Part shown: piece after piece, positions 17,267 to 25,406 of the stretch
How positions within the stretch are numbered: position 1 is the first letter of the stretch
Layout: every line of letters begins with the position of its first letter
NCBI GenBank assembly: GCA_020849375.1
Contig: JADLGJ010000087.1
Coordinates: forward strand, 1-58,854
DNA length: 58,854 nucleotides
Direction of reading: 5' to 3'
DNA from: Candidatus Omnitrophota bacterium
Lineage (GTDB): Bacteria > Omnitrophota > Gorgyraeia > Zapsychrales > JANLHA01
Position numbers and translations under genes: made by a program
Notes under the pieces: model-generated
The model's database searches: none
Seen by the model: the letters and a program-made list of their open reading frames with translations, nothing else
Told to the model about the DNA's origin: nothing

Positions 17267-17304
17267 GAGAACTCCTAAAGGATGTATAAGTCGATGTGGC
17301 AGAT

Positions 17305-18369
17305 TTATTTTTGTCTATTAAAGAAATCCCACATGACATCATTTGCGGAAATTGCTGTTGACGGTGCTACGGGGCTCTTTCCTTGTCTTGGTTTGGTCCC
17401 GCCCGGCCATGAATGCCCCCCGGTTTCGGTCACGCAAAGTTCGACTTCGACGTTGTTTTTGCATTGCGAATAAAGGTCGCAATAGGCGCCGGAGTTTTCG
17501 AGAATACGTTTTGGCGTCGGGTTACAGCCATCGCGTTTAACCCAGCGGGAGATCGTTTCGGGGACAGAAACAAAATCCGCGACTTTCGATTCATCTGGGA
17601 ATGCCCCTTTGCCGGCACCGCCGTTAAAAAGAACATGGTCATCATCTTTGGCATGGATGTGCATGACCGAGACAGGGTTTGGGGGATTACAACTTGATGT
17701 TCCGTCCGTCCCTGCAACGGCAGCAATGGCTTTGAACGTATCGGACAGTTCACAAGCCAAGCGATGCGATAGCATGCCGCCATTAGACATTCCTGTGGCA
17801 AAGATCCTGGTGCGGTCAATATTCAACTGGTTGGTAAGGTTGCTAACGATCTGTTTAACAAATCCGACATCATCAATATTTTTGTCACGGGCATCACCAC
17901 AACAATTGCCGGCGTTCCAGGTTGCGAGTTTGCCTGATTGAAAGTTGCTATATCCATTTGGAAAAACAACAATATTGCCTTCCTTATCGGATGTGGAAAT
18001 TTCGTGGTAGTATTTTTCAGTGGACTGAACTCCCATGTCACCGCCACCGCCGTGAAAAGCAAAAAGTAGCGGTACCGCTTCTTTAGGATCATAGGAAGGC
18101 GGCACATGCACTTTATACATACGCGTTAATCCGTCGAATTCAATAGAAAAAGTATAGTCCCCGGGTTTGGTGATCTTTGAAGTGACATCCGTACTGGATT
18201 CGGGAGCGGGCTGGTCTTCTAATTTCTTAAGGATGCGGTCTTTAAGCTTTTCCTTAATCCGTCCTTTCAGAAACCCTTCACCGTAGGCGGTGTTGGAATA
18301 TGATGCCGTGATAAAAATTGCCAGGATCGCGATCACTGAGTAGGAAAATACTTGGCGGGGCCTTTGCAT
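17305..18369 (-). CDS. secreted alpha/beta-hydrolase esterase (PHB-depolymerase / LpqC, CE1-like family)
   Basis: The 354-aa product has a signal peptide. It contains LLFAFHGGGGD, WNAGNCCG and the nucleophile elbow GMSNGG. Confidence 0.75.
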   Translation of the reverse strand: MQRPRQVFSYSVIAILAIFITASYSNTAYGEGFLKGRIKEKLKDRILKKLEDQPAPESSTDVTSKITKPGDYTFSIEFDGLTRMYKVHVPPSYDPKEAVPLLFAFHGGGGDMGVQSTEKYYHEISTSDKEGNIVVFPNGYSNFQSGKLATWNAGNCCGDARDKNIDDVGFVKQIVSNLTNQLNIDRTRIFATGMSNGGMLSHRLACELSDTFKAIAAVAGTDGTSSCNPPNPVSVMHIHAKDDDHVLFNGGAGKGAFPDESKVADFVSVPETISRWVKRDGCNPTPKRILENSGAYCDLYSQCKNNVEVELCVTETGGHSWPGGTKPRQGKSPVAPSTAISANDVMWDFFNRQK

Positions 18370-18378
18370 GACGACCTC

Positions 18379-19383
18379 TTATTTTTTGGCGTAGACCTTT
18401 TGCCAATATTTCTTGAGAAATGCCAACTTGTGCTTTAACCAAGACGGGTGCTCAGTATACCAAACAATTGTTTCTTTAAGGCCTATTGAAAAATCTATTT
18501 TTGCTTTCCAGCCGAGCTTGTGAAGTTTGGCGCAATCCACCGAGTAGCGGAAATCATGTCCGGGGCGGTCTTTGACGAACTCGATCAGAGTGTGCGGCTT
18601 TTTCAATTGGTCGAGGATCATTTTTACTGTCTTGATGTTTTCTTGTTCGTAGTAGCTCCCGATATTATAAATGTCGCCGGCCTTTCCTTTTCTTAAGATC
18701 GCATCCACCGCACTCGCGCAATCGCTGACATGGAGCCATTCGCGGACTTGTTCCCCTTTGCCGTAAACCGGGACTTTGATATTGTTCCCGGCTTTGACCA
18801 CAATGACCGGGATCAGTTTTTCCGGGTATTGCCAGGGGCCGTAATTGTTGGCCGGGCGGATAATGATCGCCGGGAATTGGAACGTGTGGATCGCGGCTTT
18901 GATCAGGAGTTCCCCGGCCGCTTTTGTCGACGAGTAAGGGTTCTTTGCCCCGAGTGGGTCGTTTTCTTTAAAATATCCAGTACGGCTTTCACCGTAAATT
19001 TCATCGGTTGAGATGTGGATGAATTTCTTGACCTTAAATTCCCGTGCCAGGTCAATGAGGTTTTGTGTCCCTTCGACGTTGGTCTTGATAAAGGGCTGGG
19101 CGTTCTGGATGCTACGGTCAACGTGCGTCTCCGCCGCGAAATGAATGACCGTTTCGGGTAATTCTTTTTTAAAGATCGCATGTATTTTCTTGCGTTCGCA
19201 AATATCTGTTTTGTAGAACGTGATATTCCCCCACACGCTCTTTAGGCGTGCGGTGTCACCCGCATAGGTCAACTTATCCACGACAATGATCGAATAACCT
19301 TTTTTTACGCCTTGACGGACGAACTCACTGCCAATGAAACCGGCACCGCCGGTGACTAATATTTTACGTATTCGTTTACGCAT
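18379..19383 (-). CDS. rfbB: dTDP-glucose 4,6-dehydratase
   Basis: The 334-aa product contains ILVTGGAGFIGS, HFAAETHVDRS, STDEIYG and YSSTKAAGE, plus a C-terminal DRPGHDFRY. Confidence 0.9.
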   Translation of the reverse strand: MRKRIRKILVTGGAGFIGSEFVRQGVKKGYSIIVVDKLTYAGDTARLKSVWGNITFYKTDICERKKIHAIFKKELPETVIHFAAETHVDRSIQNAQPFIKTNVEGTQNLIDLAREFKVKKFIHISTDEIYGESRTGYFKENDPLGAKNPYSSTKAAGELLIKAAIHTFQFPAIIIRPANNYGPWQYPEKLIPVIVVKAGNNIKVPVYGKGEQVREWLHVSDCASAVDAILRKGKAGDIYNIGSYYEQENIKTVKMILDQLKKPHTLIEFVKDRPGHDFRYSVDCAKLHKLGWKAKIDFSIGLKETIVWYTEHPSWLKHKLAFLKKYWQKVYAKK

Positions 19384-20183
19384 TCTTTAATGATCTCCTT
19401 TATCGAGCGGACTTTAAATCCGGTTTTTTCAAGTTTGTTGGTGGACATGATGAGGCTGGTCCGGGTGAGTTTAAGCTCTTTGAGCCTGATCACGTCAAAG
19501 TGAAAATCCGGGCGCAGTTTGCAATAAGCGTTGAGTAGGTCAGGATAAACCAAGGGTTCTTTTACGACGGTGTTATAGATCCCGCGGGCGTCGATCTTGA
19601 GCAAATGTTTCAGGGCTTCAATGAAATCCGGGACGTAGGTGACCGAATTCGGCGCGTCAATGACCCGTTGATATTTAATAAGTTTGGTCAAAAGATTTTT
19701 GGGATGCGGTTTGCTGTCGAGCGGCACGCGGATACGGGTGATGAGAATGTTGGTGTCTTTGAGCTCTGCTAATTGCATTAAGACGTTCTCGGTATAGATC
19801 TTGGTCCGGCTGTAAAAAAGGTCAAAATAATCCGCGACGCGCTCCTCGCGGATCGCATTATTCTTCTTATAATCGTAGTGAAAGATACAGCCACTGCTGA
19901 TGTGGACCAACTTGATCTTGTGGCGGAAAGCCGCTTCAGCTAAAAGGATCGGAACAAATGTGTTGGCGGAAAGTGTTTTGTCCGGTACAAGTTCGCAATC
20001 GTCTACGTTACGCTTCCCGGTGTGCCCGATACAATTGATCAGGACGTCCGGGTGGTGCTTCTTAATGATGTTCTCCACATCTTGATAAGTTGTGATACGC
20101 GCCGAAAGAAGCTTAGCGCCGAGGGCCGACTCTAGTTTTCTTCCGATAAAACCGCCGCCTAAAATGATCGTTTTTTTATTCAT
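19356..20183 (-). CDS. NRS/ER-like SDR: putative bifunctional 4-keto-6-deoxyhexose 3,5-epimerase/4-reductase (takes the rfbD position)
   Basis: The start is the ATG at 20183. The sequence matches my memory of Arabidopsis NRS/ER block by block: GHTGKRNVDDCE ~ GVTGRPNVDWCE; SSGCIFHYD ~ ATGCIFEYD; FYSRTKIYTENVL ~ FYSKTKAMVEELL; TRIRVPLDSKPHPKNLLTKLIKYQRVIDAPNSVT ~ LRVRMPISSDLTNPRNFITKIARYEKVVDIPNSMT; GIYNTV ~ GIYNFT. Confidence 0.65.
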   Translation of the reverse strand: MNKKTIILGGGFIGRKLESALGAKLLSARITTYQDVENIIKKHHPDVLINCIGHTGKRNVDDCELVPDKTLSANTFVPILLAEAAFRHKIKLVHISSGCIFHYDYKKNNAIREERVADYFDLFYSRTKIYTENVLMQLAELKDTNILITRIRVPLDSKPHPKNLLTKLIKYQRVIDAPNSVTYVPDFIEALKHLLKIDARGIYNTVVKEPLVYPDLLNAYCKLRPDFHFDVIRLKELKLTRTSLIMSTNKLEKTGFKVRSIKEIIKECVNEYVKY

Positions 20184-21042
20184 GATTTGCAACCTTCCTT
20201 AAATAGACGCCGTAACTGGTCGGGATTTCGTCGGCGAGCCGCAACAGTTGTTCGCGGCCGATCCAACCCTTATTAAAAGCAATTTCCTCGATGCAGCTGA
20301 TCTTAAGCCCTTGCCGGTCTTCGATCGTTTTGATGAAGATGGACGCATCAGCGAGTGAACCGTAGGTCCCGGTATCAAGCCACGCATAACCGCGGTTAAG
20401 TACTTTAACGTTAAGTTTCTTATTTTTGAGATAAATCCTATTAATATCCGTTATTTCAAATTCTCCGCGTTTCGACGGCTTGAGGTTCTTGGTATAGGAT
20501 ACAACATTGTTGTCATAAAAATAAAGGCCGGTCACCGCATAGTTTGATTTCGGAACGGCCGGTTTTTCTTCGATCGAGGTCGCATGAAAGCTTTTGTTGA
20601 ACGCGACCACTCCGTAACGTTCCGGATCGGAAACGTTATAAGCAAAGACCGTAGCCCCATTTCGGATCCGTGTGGCTTCGTTCAGGAGGACCGTTAAGCG
20701 GTCACCATAAAAGATATTGTCGCCAAGGATGAGGCACACAGGGTCTTTGCCGATAAATTTCTCGCCAACGAGAAAAGCTTGCGCGATCCCTTTGGGCTCT
20801 TTTTGTTCTTCGTAACTAATCCGTAATCCCAGATGTTTGCCATCCTGGAACAGTTTGCGGAAATTGGGTAGGTCATGGGGCGTCGAAATGATCAGAATAT
20901 CTCGGATCCCTGCGAGCATGAGCACCGACAAGGGGTAATAGATCATTGGTTTATCGTAGATCGGGAGAAGTTGTTTACAGATACTCTTTGTGATCGGATA
21001 AAGGCGGGTGGCTTTACCGCCTGCAAGAATAATGCCTTTCAT
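20176..21042 (-). CDS. rfbA: glucose-1-phosphate thymidylyltransferase
   Basis: The start is at MKGIILAGGKATRLYPIT (ATG 21042). The product contains QLLPIYDKPMIYYPLSVLMLAGIRDILIIS and YVSDPERYGVV-type motifs. Confidence 0.9.
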   Translation of the reverse strand: MKGIILAGGKATRLYPITKSICKQLLPIYDKPMIYYPLSVLMLAGIRDILIISTPHDLPNFRKLFQDGKHLGLRISYEEQKEPKGIAQAFLVGEKFIGKDPVCLILGDNIFYGDRLTVLLNEATRIRNGATVFAYNVSDPERYGVVAFNKSFHATSIEEKPAVPKSNYAVTGLYFYDNNVVSYTKNLKPSKRGEFEITDINRIYLKNKKLNVKVLNRGYAWLDTGTYGSLADASIFIKTIEDRQGLKISCIEEIAFNKGWIGREQLLRLADEIPTSYGVYLRKVANHE

Positions 21043-21055
21043 GACGTCCCCTTTT

Positions 21056-21316
21056 TTATTGGTGCCCGTATTTTTTGTAATCAATGCCGATCTCTTCCAT
21101 GTCGTTTTTCATAGGGCCGTGGAACCCGAATGGCGTTTCTGAGAAAAAAGCATCAACAATGTCCTTTTCATTGATCTCGGTATGGTTCAAGGAACGCGCG
21201 AGGCTTTCCGCTTTCTTAGAAACTTTATCTTGCGCGATCGGCCGCATAAAAATTGGGATCTTCGCAAGTAAGGCCTGGAATTTCGTTTCCGCTTCTTTTT
21301 CCCAGAGAATGGACAT
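21056..21316 (-). CDS. PCP_red (protochlorophyllide reductase subunit-B C-terminal-like) domain small protein
   Basis: The 86-aa product contains W.KEAE....LL.KIPIFMRP.A...V.K.AE..A, which fits the W-x2-EA...IP-F-[VM]-R pattern I recall for PF08369 stand-alone proteins. Confidence 0.5.
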   Translation of the reverse strand: MSILWEKEAETKFQALLAKIPIFMRPIAQDKVSKKAESLARSLNHTEINEKDIVDAFFSETPFGFHGPMKNDMEEIGIDYKKYGHQ

Positions 21317-21328
21317 GGAATGGCCGCT

Positions 21329-22249
21329 TTAAAGTTTTTTAAAATACCCGACGAGCAAAAGCCCAACGACCGAAACGAATGCCATGCCCGTGACCAGCCA
21401 AAATGATAACAGCGATCCGTGTTGCGGCAAAGGAAGTTCAACGTTCATTGAGAATAAACTGACGATAAAGGTCGGCGTCATGATACAGATAGAAACGACC
21501 GTCAGTCGCTTAAGGCGGATATTAAGGTTATTGTTGATGATCGAAGCCCAGGCGTCGGTCATTCCTGATAAAACTTCCAGGTAAGAAACGGCCTGCTGGT
21601 AACACTGGCTGCTTTCAATAATAAGATCGTCAAGAAATTCATTCACGTCCTGGTCGAAAGCCAGTTTTCCGGAATTCATTTTCAGGCGTTCGATGACCTT
21701 GCTGTTCGAATTGATCGCGTCGACGTAATAAACGAGGCTTTTGCTCAGTTTGAACATGTGCATGAGGTCTTTGTTAGAAACGGCCTGGTTGATCTCCTGT
21801 TCGATCTCCTCTGAGATCTTGCGGATGACCTTTAAGTGTTCTTCAAAATGAACGACACAACTGAAAATGATGCGGATGAAAATATCCCGGATAGAATGCA
21901 TTTTAGAAAAAATGCGGCTTTCCCAGATAAGGTCCTCATCATTGAAAATAAGGATCAGTTTATCGGGAAAAAGGAAAAGCCCGATAGAGGAAATTCTAAA
22001 AATAAAATTATCTTTTGAACTGTATTTTTTCGGCTTTTTAATAATGGTCGCCAAATGGTTGGCTTCAAACTCCACGCGGCCCACCTCTTCCGGGTCAAGC
22101 GAAGAATTGAGCGTGTGTTCGTCGATTCCCAACTCGGTCGTTAAGTATGTTTTTTCCTGCTCGTCGGGGTTGATGTATACATAGAGTTGCGAACACTCTT
22201 GTGTACACGCGGTGAGTTTGCCATCATTCAGCTGAAAAGTCTTTAACAT
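21329..22249 (-). CDS. corA: CorA-family divalent cation transporter
   Basis: The 306-aa product has a cytoplasmic alpha/beta and coiled domain and two C-terminal TM helices. The signature loop reads SLFSMNVELP, so SMN replaces the canonical GMN. Confidence 0.75.
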   Translation of the reverse strand: MLKTFQLNDGKLTACTQECSQLYVYINPDEQEKTYLTTELGIDEHTLNSSLDPEEVGRVEFEANHLATIIKKPKKYSSKDNFIFRISSIGLFLFPDKLILIFNDEDLIWESRIFSKMHSIRDIFIRIIFSCVVHFEEHLKVIRKISEEIEQEINQAVSNKDLMHMFKLSKSLVYYVDAINSNSKVIERLKMNSGKLAFDQDVNEFLDDLIIESSQCYQQAVSYLEVLSGMTDAWASIINNNLNIRLKRLTVVSICIMTPTFIVSLFSMNVELPLPQHGSLLSFWLVTGMAFVSVVGLLLVGYFKKL

Positions 22250-22382
22250 GCAAGAGTCCCTGTATTATCCAATAAAGAATAAAGAAATAGTGACCCCGAG
22301 CAAAACAGTGGAATAAACATTGCAATGATAATACAAAAATACGCAATCGTCATATTAATTTAGCGGTGGTGGAATGAGGGGG

Positions 22383-22772
22383 TTAGTATTCGTAGAGTAC
22401 GGCACCGGTTGAAACGGTATAGCTGTGTGTCCCTGTGCTGGTGCTGATCGGGACCGCGCTGACAAAATAGGAGTATGGGGCTAAAACGTCAGGGCTGTAA
22501 CTGTATCCGTTATATGCTGTATTAAAGTAATTATTGTTCAGGTATGGTGGTGTGGCTCCGACGAGGGATGTTGGGTCCGGCGGATACTCATTGTTCAGGG
22601 CATAGTAGTTCTCGAGAGAACTTGCGATCGTTCGTAATGTGGCTTGGGCAGATGCCTCATTAGCTTGGATCTTCGCTTTGATCAGGTTCGGCATCGCGAT
22701 CGCGGTTAATAATAAAATGATCACGAGCACGATCATGATCTCAACGAGGGTAAACCCTTTTTTATTGTTCAT
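22383..22772 (-). CDS. prepilin-type N-terminal cleavage/methylation protein (GspG-like pseudopilin/pilin)
   Basis: The N-terminus is MNNKKG/FTLVEIMIVLVIILLLTAIAMPNL, followed by ..TLRTIASSLENYYALNNEYP. The product is 129 aa and contains no Cys. Confidence 0.8.
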   Translation of the reverse strand: MNNKKGFTLVEIMIVLVIILLLTAIAMPNLIKAKIQANEASAQATLRTIASSLENYYALNNEYPPDPTSLVGATPPYLNNNYFNTAYNGYSYSPDVLAPYSYFVSAVPISTSTGTHSYTVSTGAVLYEY

Positions 22773-22774
22773 TA

Positions 22775-23701
22775 TTATTTTCCTAGCAAATGATTGACTG
22801 TTAAATTCTGCTTTTCGAGTTTCATTCTTTCGATCTTGGGGCCGCTCTTTGTTTTGTCGTTCGTTGTTAGTGTTTCTGGAATGATTAAATTTGTCTGTGC
22901 ATTGGACGATGTTGCAGGAGTTGCTGCCTCCGGCGGATTTAAAGCTTTTTTGATCCCGGCGACATCAACGCCAGGGATAAGGGTGTTTTTAACGCGGGTG
23001 ATCGGTAATTCGGCGTTATTATTCAGCGATTTATAGAATTCCATTCCTTGTGATGTATGGTTGACATCAAAATTTAAATAAGGGATCTTGTGTACCTGTA
23101 AAAGCGTTAATAGTTTTACGCATTCACTGCAGGATCCCTTGGTGAAAACTTCCACGCTGGTGCCAGCGATCATTGGTTTCTCCGTCCTGGCTTTCTTGGC
23201 GATCTTTTCGAGACTTATGATCTGGGCATCGACTTGCGGGAGGTATTCCGGCCTGACGCTCGATAAGGTATCCGGCGTGACAAAAACTTTTTGTCCTTGA
23301 CGGTCAATATAGCCAACAACACCGGAGTTGATATTAACGGATGGTGGGAAAAAGCCTATTATTTGAAGTTCATTTAATGTTTCGGTCAAGCGTGAGAGAC
23401 GAGTTTCATTTGTGATCTGCGCGGATGGTGTTGTGTCAATGCTCACTGATTCCTGTTGCTTTATAAATCGTTGCGGTTTCCCGTCGCTGAGGAGAGGGAT
23501 AGGATCTGTTTTTTGCGGTTCGGCTTGTTTTAGCTGTTCTTCAACTTGCCCTCGGTATCGCTCGGGAACTTTGGCATAATCAGTATTAACATAATGGACG
23601 GTGCCGTTTTCATCGCGGTAATGAACAGTTGCGGCGTCGCTTTGCTGTCCGGTAAGCAAGCTGGAAATGAGCACTGCTAAAAGTGAAAAAGTGACTTTCA
23701 T
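22775..23701 (-). CDS. secreted protein with two DUF4124-like repeats and a glutaredoxin/thioredoxin-fold domain
   Basis: The product has a signal peptide. The segments VHYRDENGTVHYVNTDYAKVPERYRGQV and VGYIDRQGQKVFVTPDTLSSVRPEYLPQV repeat each other. They are followed by VEVFTKGSCSECVKLLTLLQVHKIPYLNFDV (a CxxC Grx-like motif). Confidence 0.55.
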   Translation of the reverse strand: MKVTFSLLAVLISSLLTGQQSDAATVHYRDENGTVHYVNTDYAKVPERYRGQVEEQLKQAEPQKTDPIPLLSDGKPQRFIKQQESVSIDTTPSAQITNETRLSRLTETLNELQIIGFFPPSVNINSGVVGYIDRQGQKVFVTPDTLSSVRPEYLPQVDAQIISLEKIAKKARTEKPMIAGTSVEVFTKGSCSECVKLLTLLQVHKIPYLNFDVNHTSQGMEFYKSLNNNAELPITRVKNTLIPGVDVAGIKKALNPPEAATPATSSNAQTNLIIPETLTTNDKTKSGPKIERMKLEKQNLTVNHLLGK

Positions 23702-23755
23702 ATCTACTTAATGTATAGCACATTAGGTTAAAAAAAACTAAAAAAATCAATTTTT

Positions 23756-24109
23756 TTAAATCGACAAAAATAAAAGTGCCCAGCCGGCTAAAAAGCAAAG
23801 GCCGCCTAGTGGTGTGATCGCGCCGAAGGCCTTGGCCCCGGTCATTGCGAGGAGATAAAGGCTTCCCGAGAATAAAGTGATTCCAATGGTTAGCAAGAGG
23901 CCGGACCAGAAGATCTTGGGGTTTTGGGATTGCGTACTGGCCCAAGACACGGCAAAAAGCCCCAAAGCATGGATCATATGGTAAAGAACACCGGTCTTAA
24001 AAATATCGATCGCGTAAGGGCTTAGTTTATCTTTGAGGGCATGCGCCCCGAAAGCACCTAAGGCCACACCGAGAAATAAAAGTAAGCTTGCGACTTTAGC
24101 CCAGATCAT
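23756..24109 (-). CDS. DUF423 (YgdD-like) small membrane protein
   Basis: The 117-aa product has four TM segments and the motif LGAFGAHALK...YHMIHALGL. Confidence 0.75.
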   Translation of the reverse strand: MIWAKVASLLLFLGVALGAFGAHALKDKLSPYAIDIFKTGVLYHMIHALGLFAVSWASTQSQNPKIFWSGLLLTIGITLFSGSLYLLAMTGAKAFGAITPLGGLCFLAGWALLFLSI

Positions 24110-25397
24110 GCCCCCGCCTTTCGCTGGTATTTTCTAAGATCCAATCAATGCCCTTTTTGATCCCGGCGCAGGTTACTGCGATGCGGCGGTCGAACTCAAT
24201 GTTTTCGGTACCCCCTTTTTTCAGGAAGTCGTTCACGAGCTTGGCGTTGATATTCAGCGACGGACTTTCGAGTTTTTCTTCCGTCGGAAGTTCGGCTTGT
24301 AGGAATTGTGCGGCATCAAAAACGATTTCTTTGTGCAGGTAGTCCCCGTCCGATTGGCGCGCGCAACAGAGGAGTTTAGCCGGACGCGTGAGCGGAAAAG
24401 CGATGGTCCCTTCCACCCCGTTGCGTACGACGATGGATCCGGGAAACCCCGCCCCTTCGGCGATAGCGGCCATTTTGTCCCCGTAAACACCGTGAAATGC
24501 TGAGGTGATAATGATGTCGGCCTTGGCCGGATCGAGGAATTTTTCCAGTGTAGCTAGAAAGGGGCGTTTGATGATCTCATGCCGTAGGTCAACCCAGCGG
24601 TCCAGGGCCGGTGATAGATCTTTTTGGTCAATATAAAATCCCCCTTCGGGGGCAGGCCGCCGGCCTGTAAGTTCAGTATTGTTTTTTAAGAAAGTCAGCC
24701 CCATTTTATTGACGAGGTCATAAAGATTATTCACGAGTTTGGGTCCGCTGTTGCGTCCGACCAAGGTCAGCACGCGCATATTTTGTTTTTGCAACGCATC
24801 CGCTAAGCACGGTGTGATCATGTAGTTATGGTCAACGCCGTCAAATGGTTCCGCCAATTGAACGACCGGGGTTCCCGCTGGAACTGCATCGCGGAAATCA
24901 GGATGGATATGTTCATTAAGATTTCTTAAAAGGCTTAAGTATTCTTCGGTCGTTTCGTAACGGACGCGTAAAGCGATCGCCGCTAACCCCCGTGCCCCAT
25001 CGCCTTTCCCGGAGGATGTGGACAAAAGGAATTTCCCGAGAGTATCAGCTTGGGTTTGGTTCAATTCTTTTTGCTCCAGCAATTGCGTACAAAGGCCTTT
25101 GAGCGGGCTCGATACATCCTGGCAAAGGGCTTCGGCCAGTTGCGCGGCATTGCTCAAAGTGCCCGGAGTGAAATGTTCTGAGAGGACCTGCTCGTCTTCC
25201 GTTACCCCCTTAATAAAAAGTGCGGCAAAAAAAGCAGCACGGCTTGCGGGAGTGAATTCCCCTTTTTGCAACTCAGCAAGGATCTCGAGCGACAGTTCTC
25301 GGGTCAGCGAGCGGCTTCCTTTTTTGCCGATCCCGACGGCTTTAATACCGCGCCGTAAGGCGGATTCCACAGGTGTTGTTGCTGTTAAATTCATCAT
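24096..25397 (-). CDS. divergent glycosyl-transferase-family-3 (TrpD-like) protein of unknown function
   Basis: The 433-aa product has an N-terminal helical part (LTRELSLEILAELQKGEFTPASRAAFFAALFIKGVTEDE) resembling Glycos_trans_3N. The region AEPFDGVDHNYMITPCLADALQKQNMRVLTLVGRNSGPK parallels TrpD D.vGTGGDG..T.NiSt.aA.v.A..G..V.KHGNR..SS, but the GTGGD and KHGNR motifs are lost. Confidence 0.45.
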   Translation of the reverse strand: MMNLTATTPVESALRRGIKAVGIGKKGSRSLTRELSLEILAELQKGEFTPASRAAFFAALFIKGVTEDEQVLSEHFTPGTLSNAAQLAEALCQDVSSPLKGLCTQLLEQKELNQTQADTLGKFLLSTSSGKGDGARGLAAIALRVRYETTEEYLSLLRNLNEHIHPDFRDAVPAGTPVVQLAEPFDGVDHNYMITPCLADALQKQNMRVLTLVGRNSGPKLVNNLYDLVNKMGLTFLKNNTELTGRRPAPEGGFYIDQKDLSPALDRWVDLRHEIIKRPFLATLEKFLDPAKADIIITSAFHGVYGDKMAAIAEGAGFPGSIVVRNGVEGTIAFPLTRPAKLLCCARQSDGDYLHKEIVFDAAQFLQAELPTEEKLESPSLNINAKLVNDFLKKGGTENIEFDRRIAVTCAGIKKGIDWILENTSERRGHDLG

Positions 25398-25406
25398 AAG
25401 AGCTTC

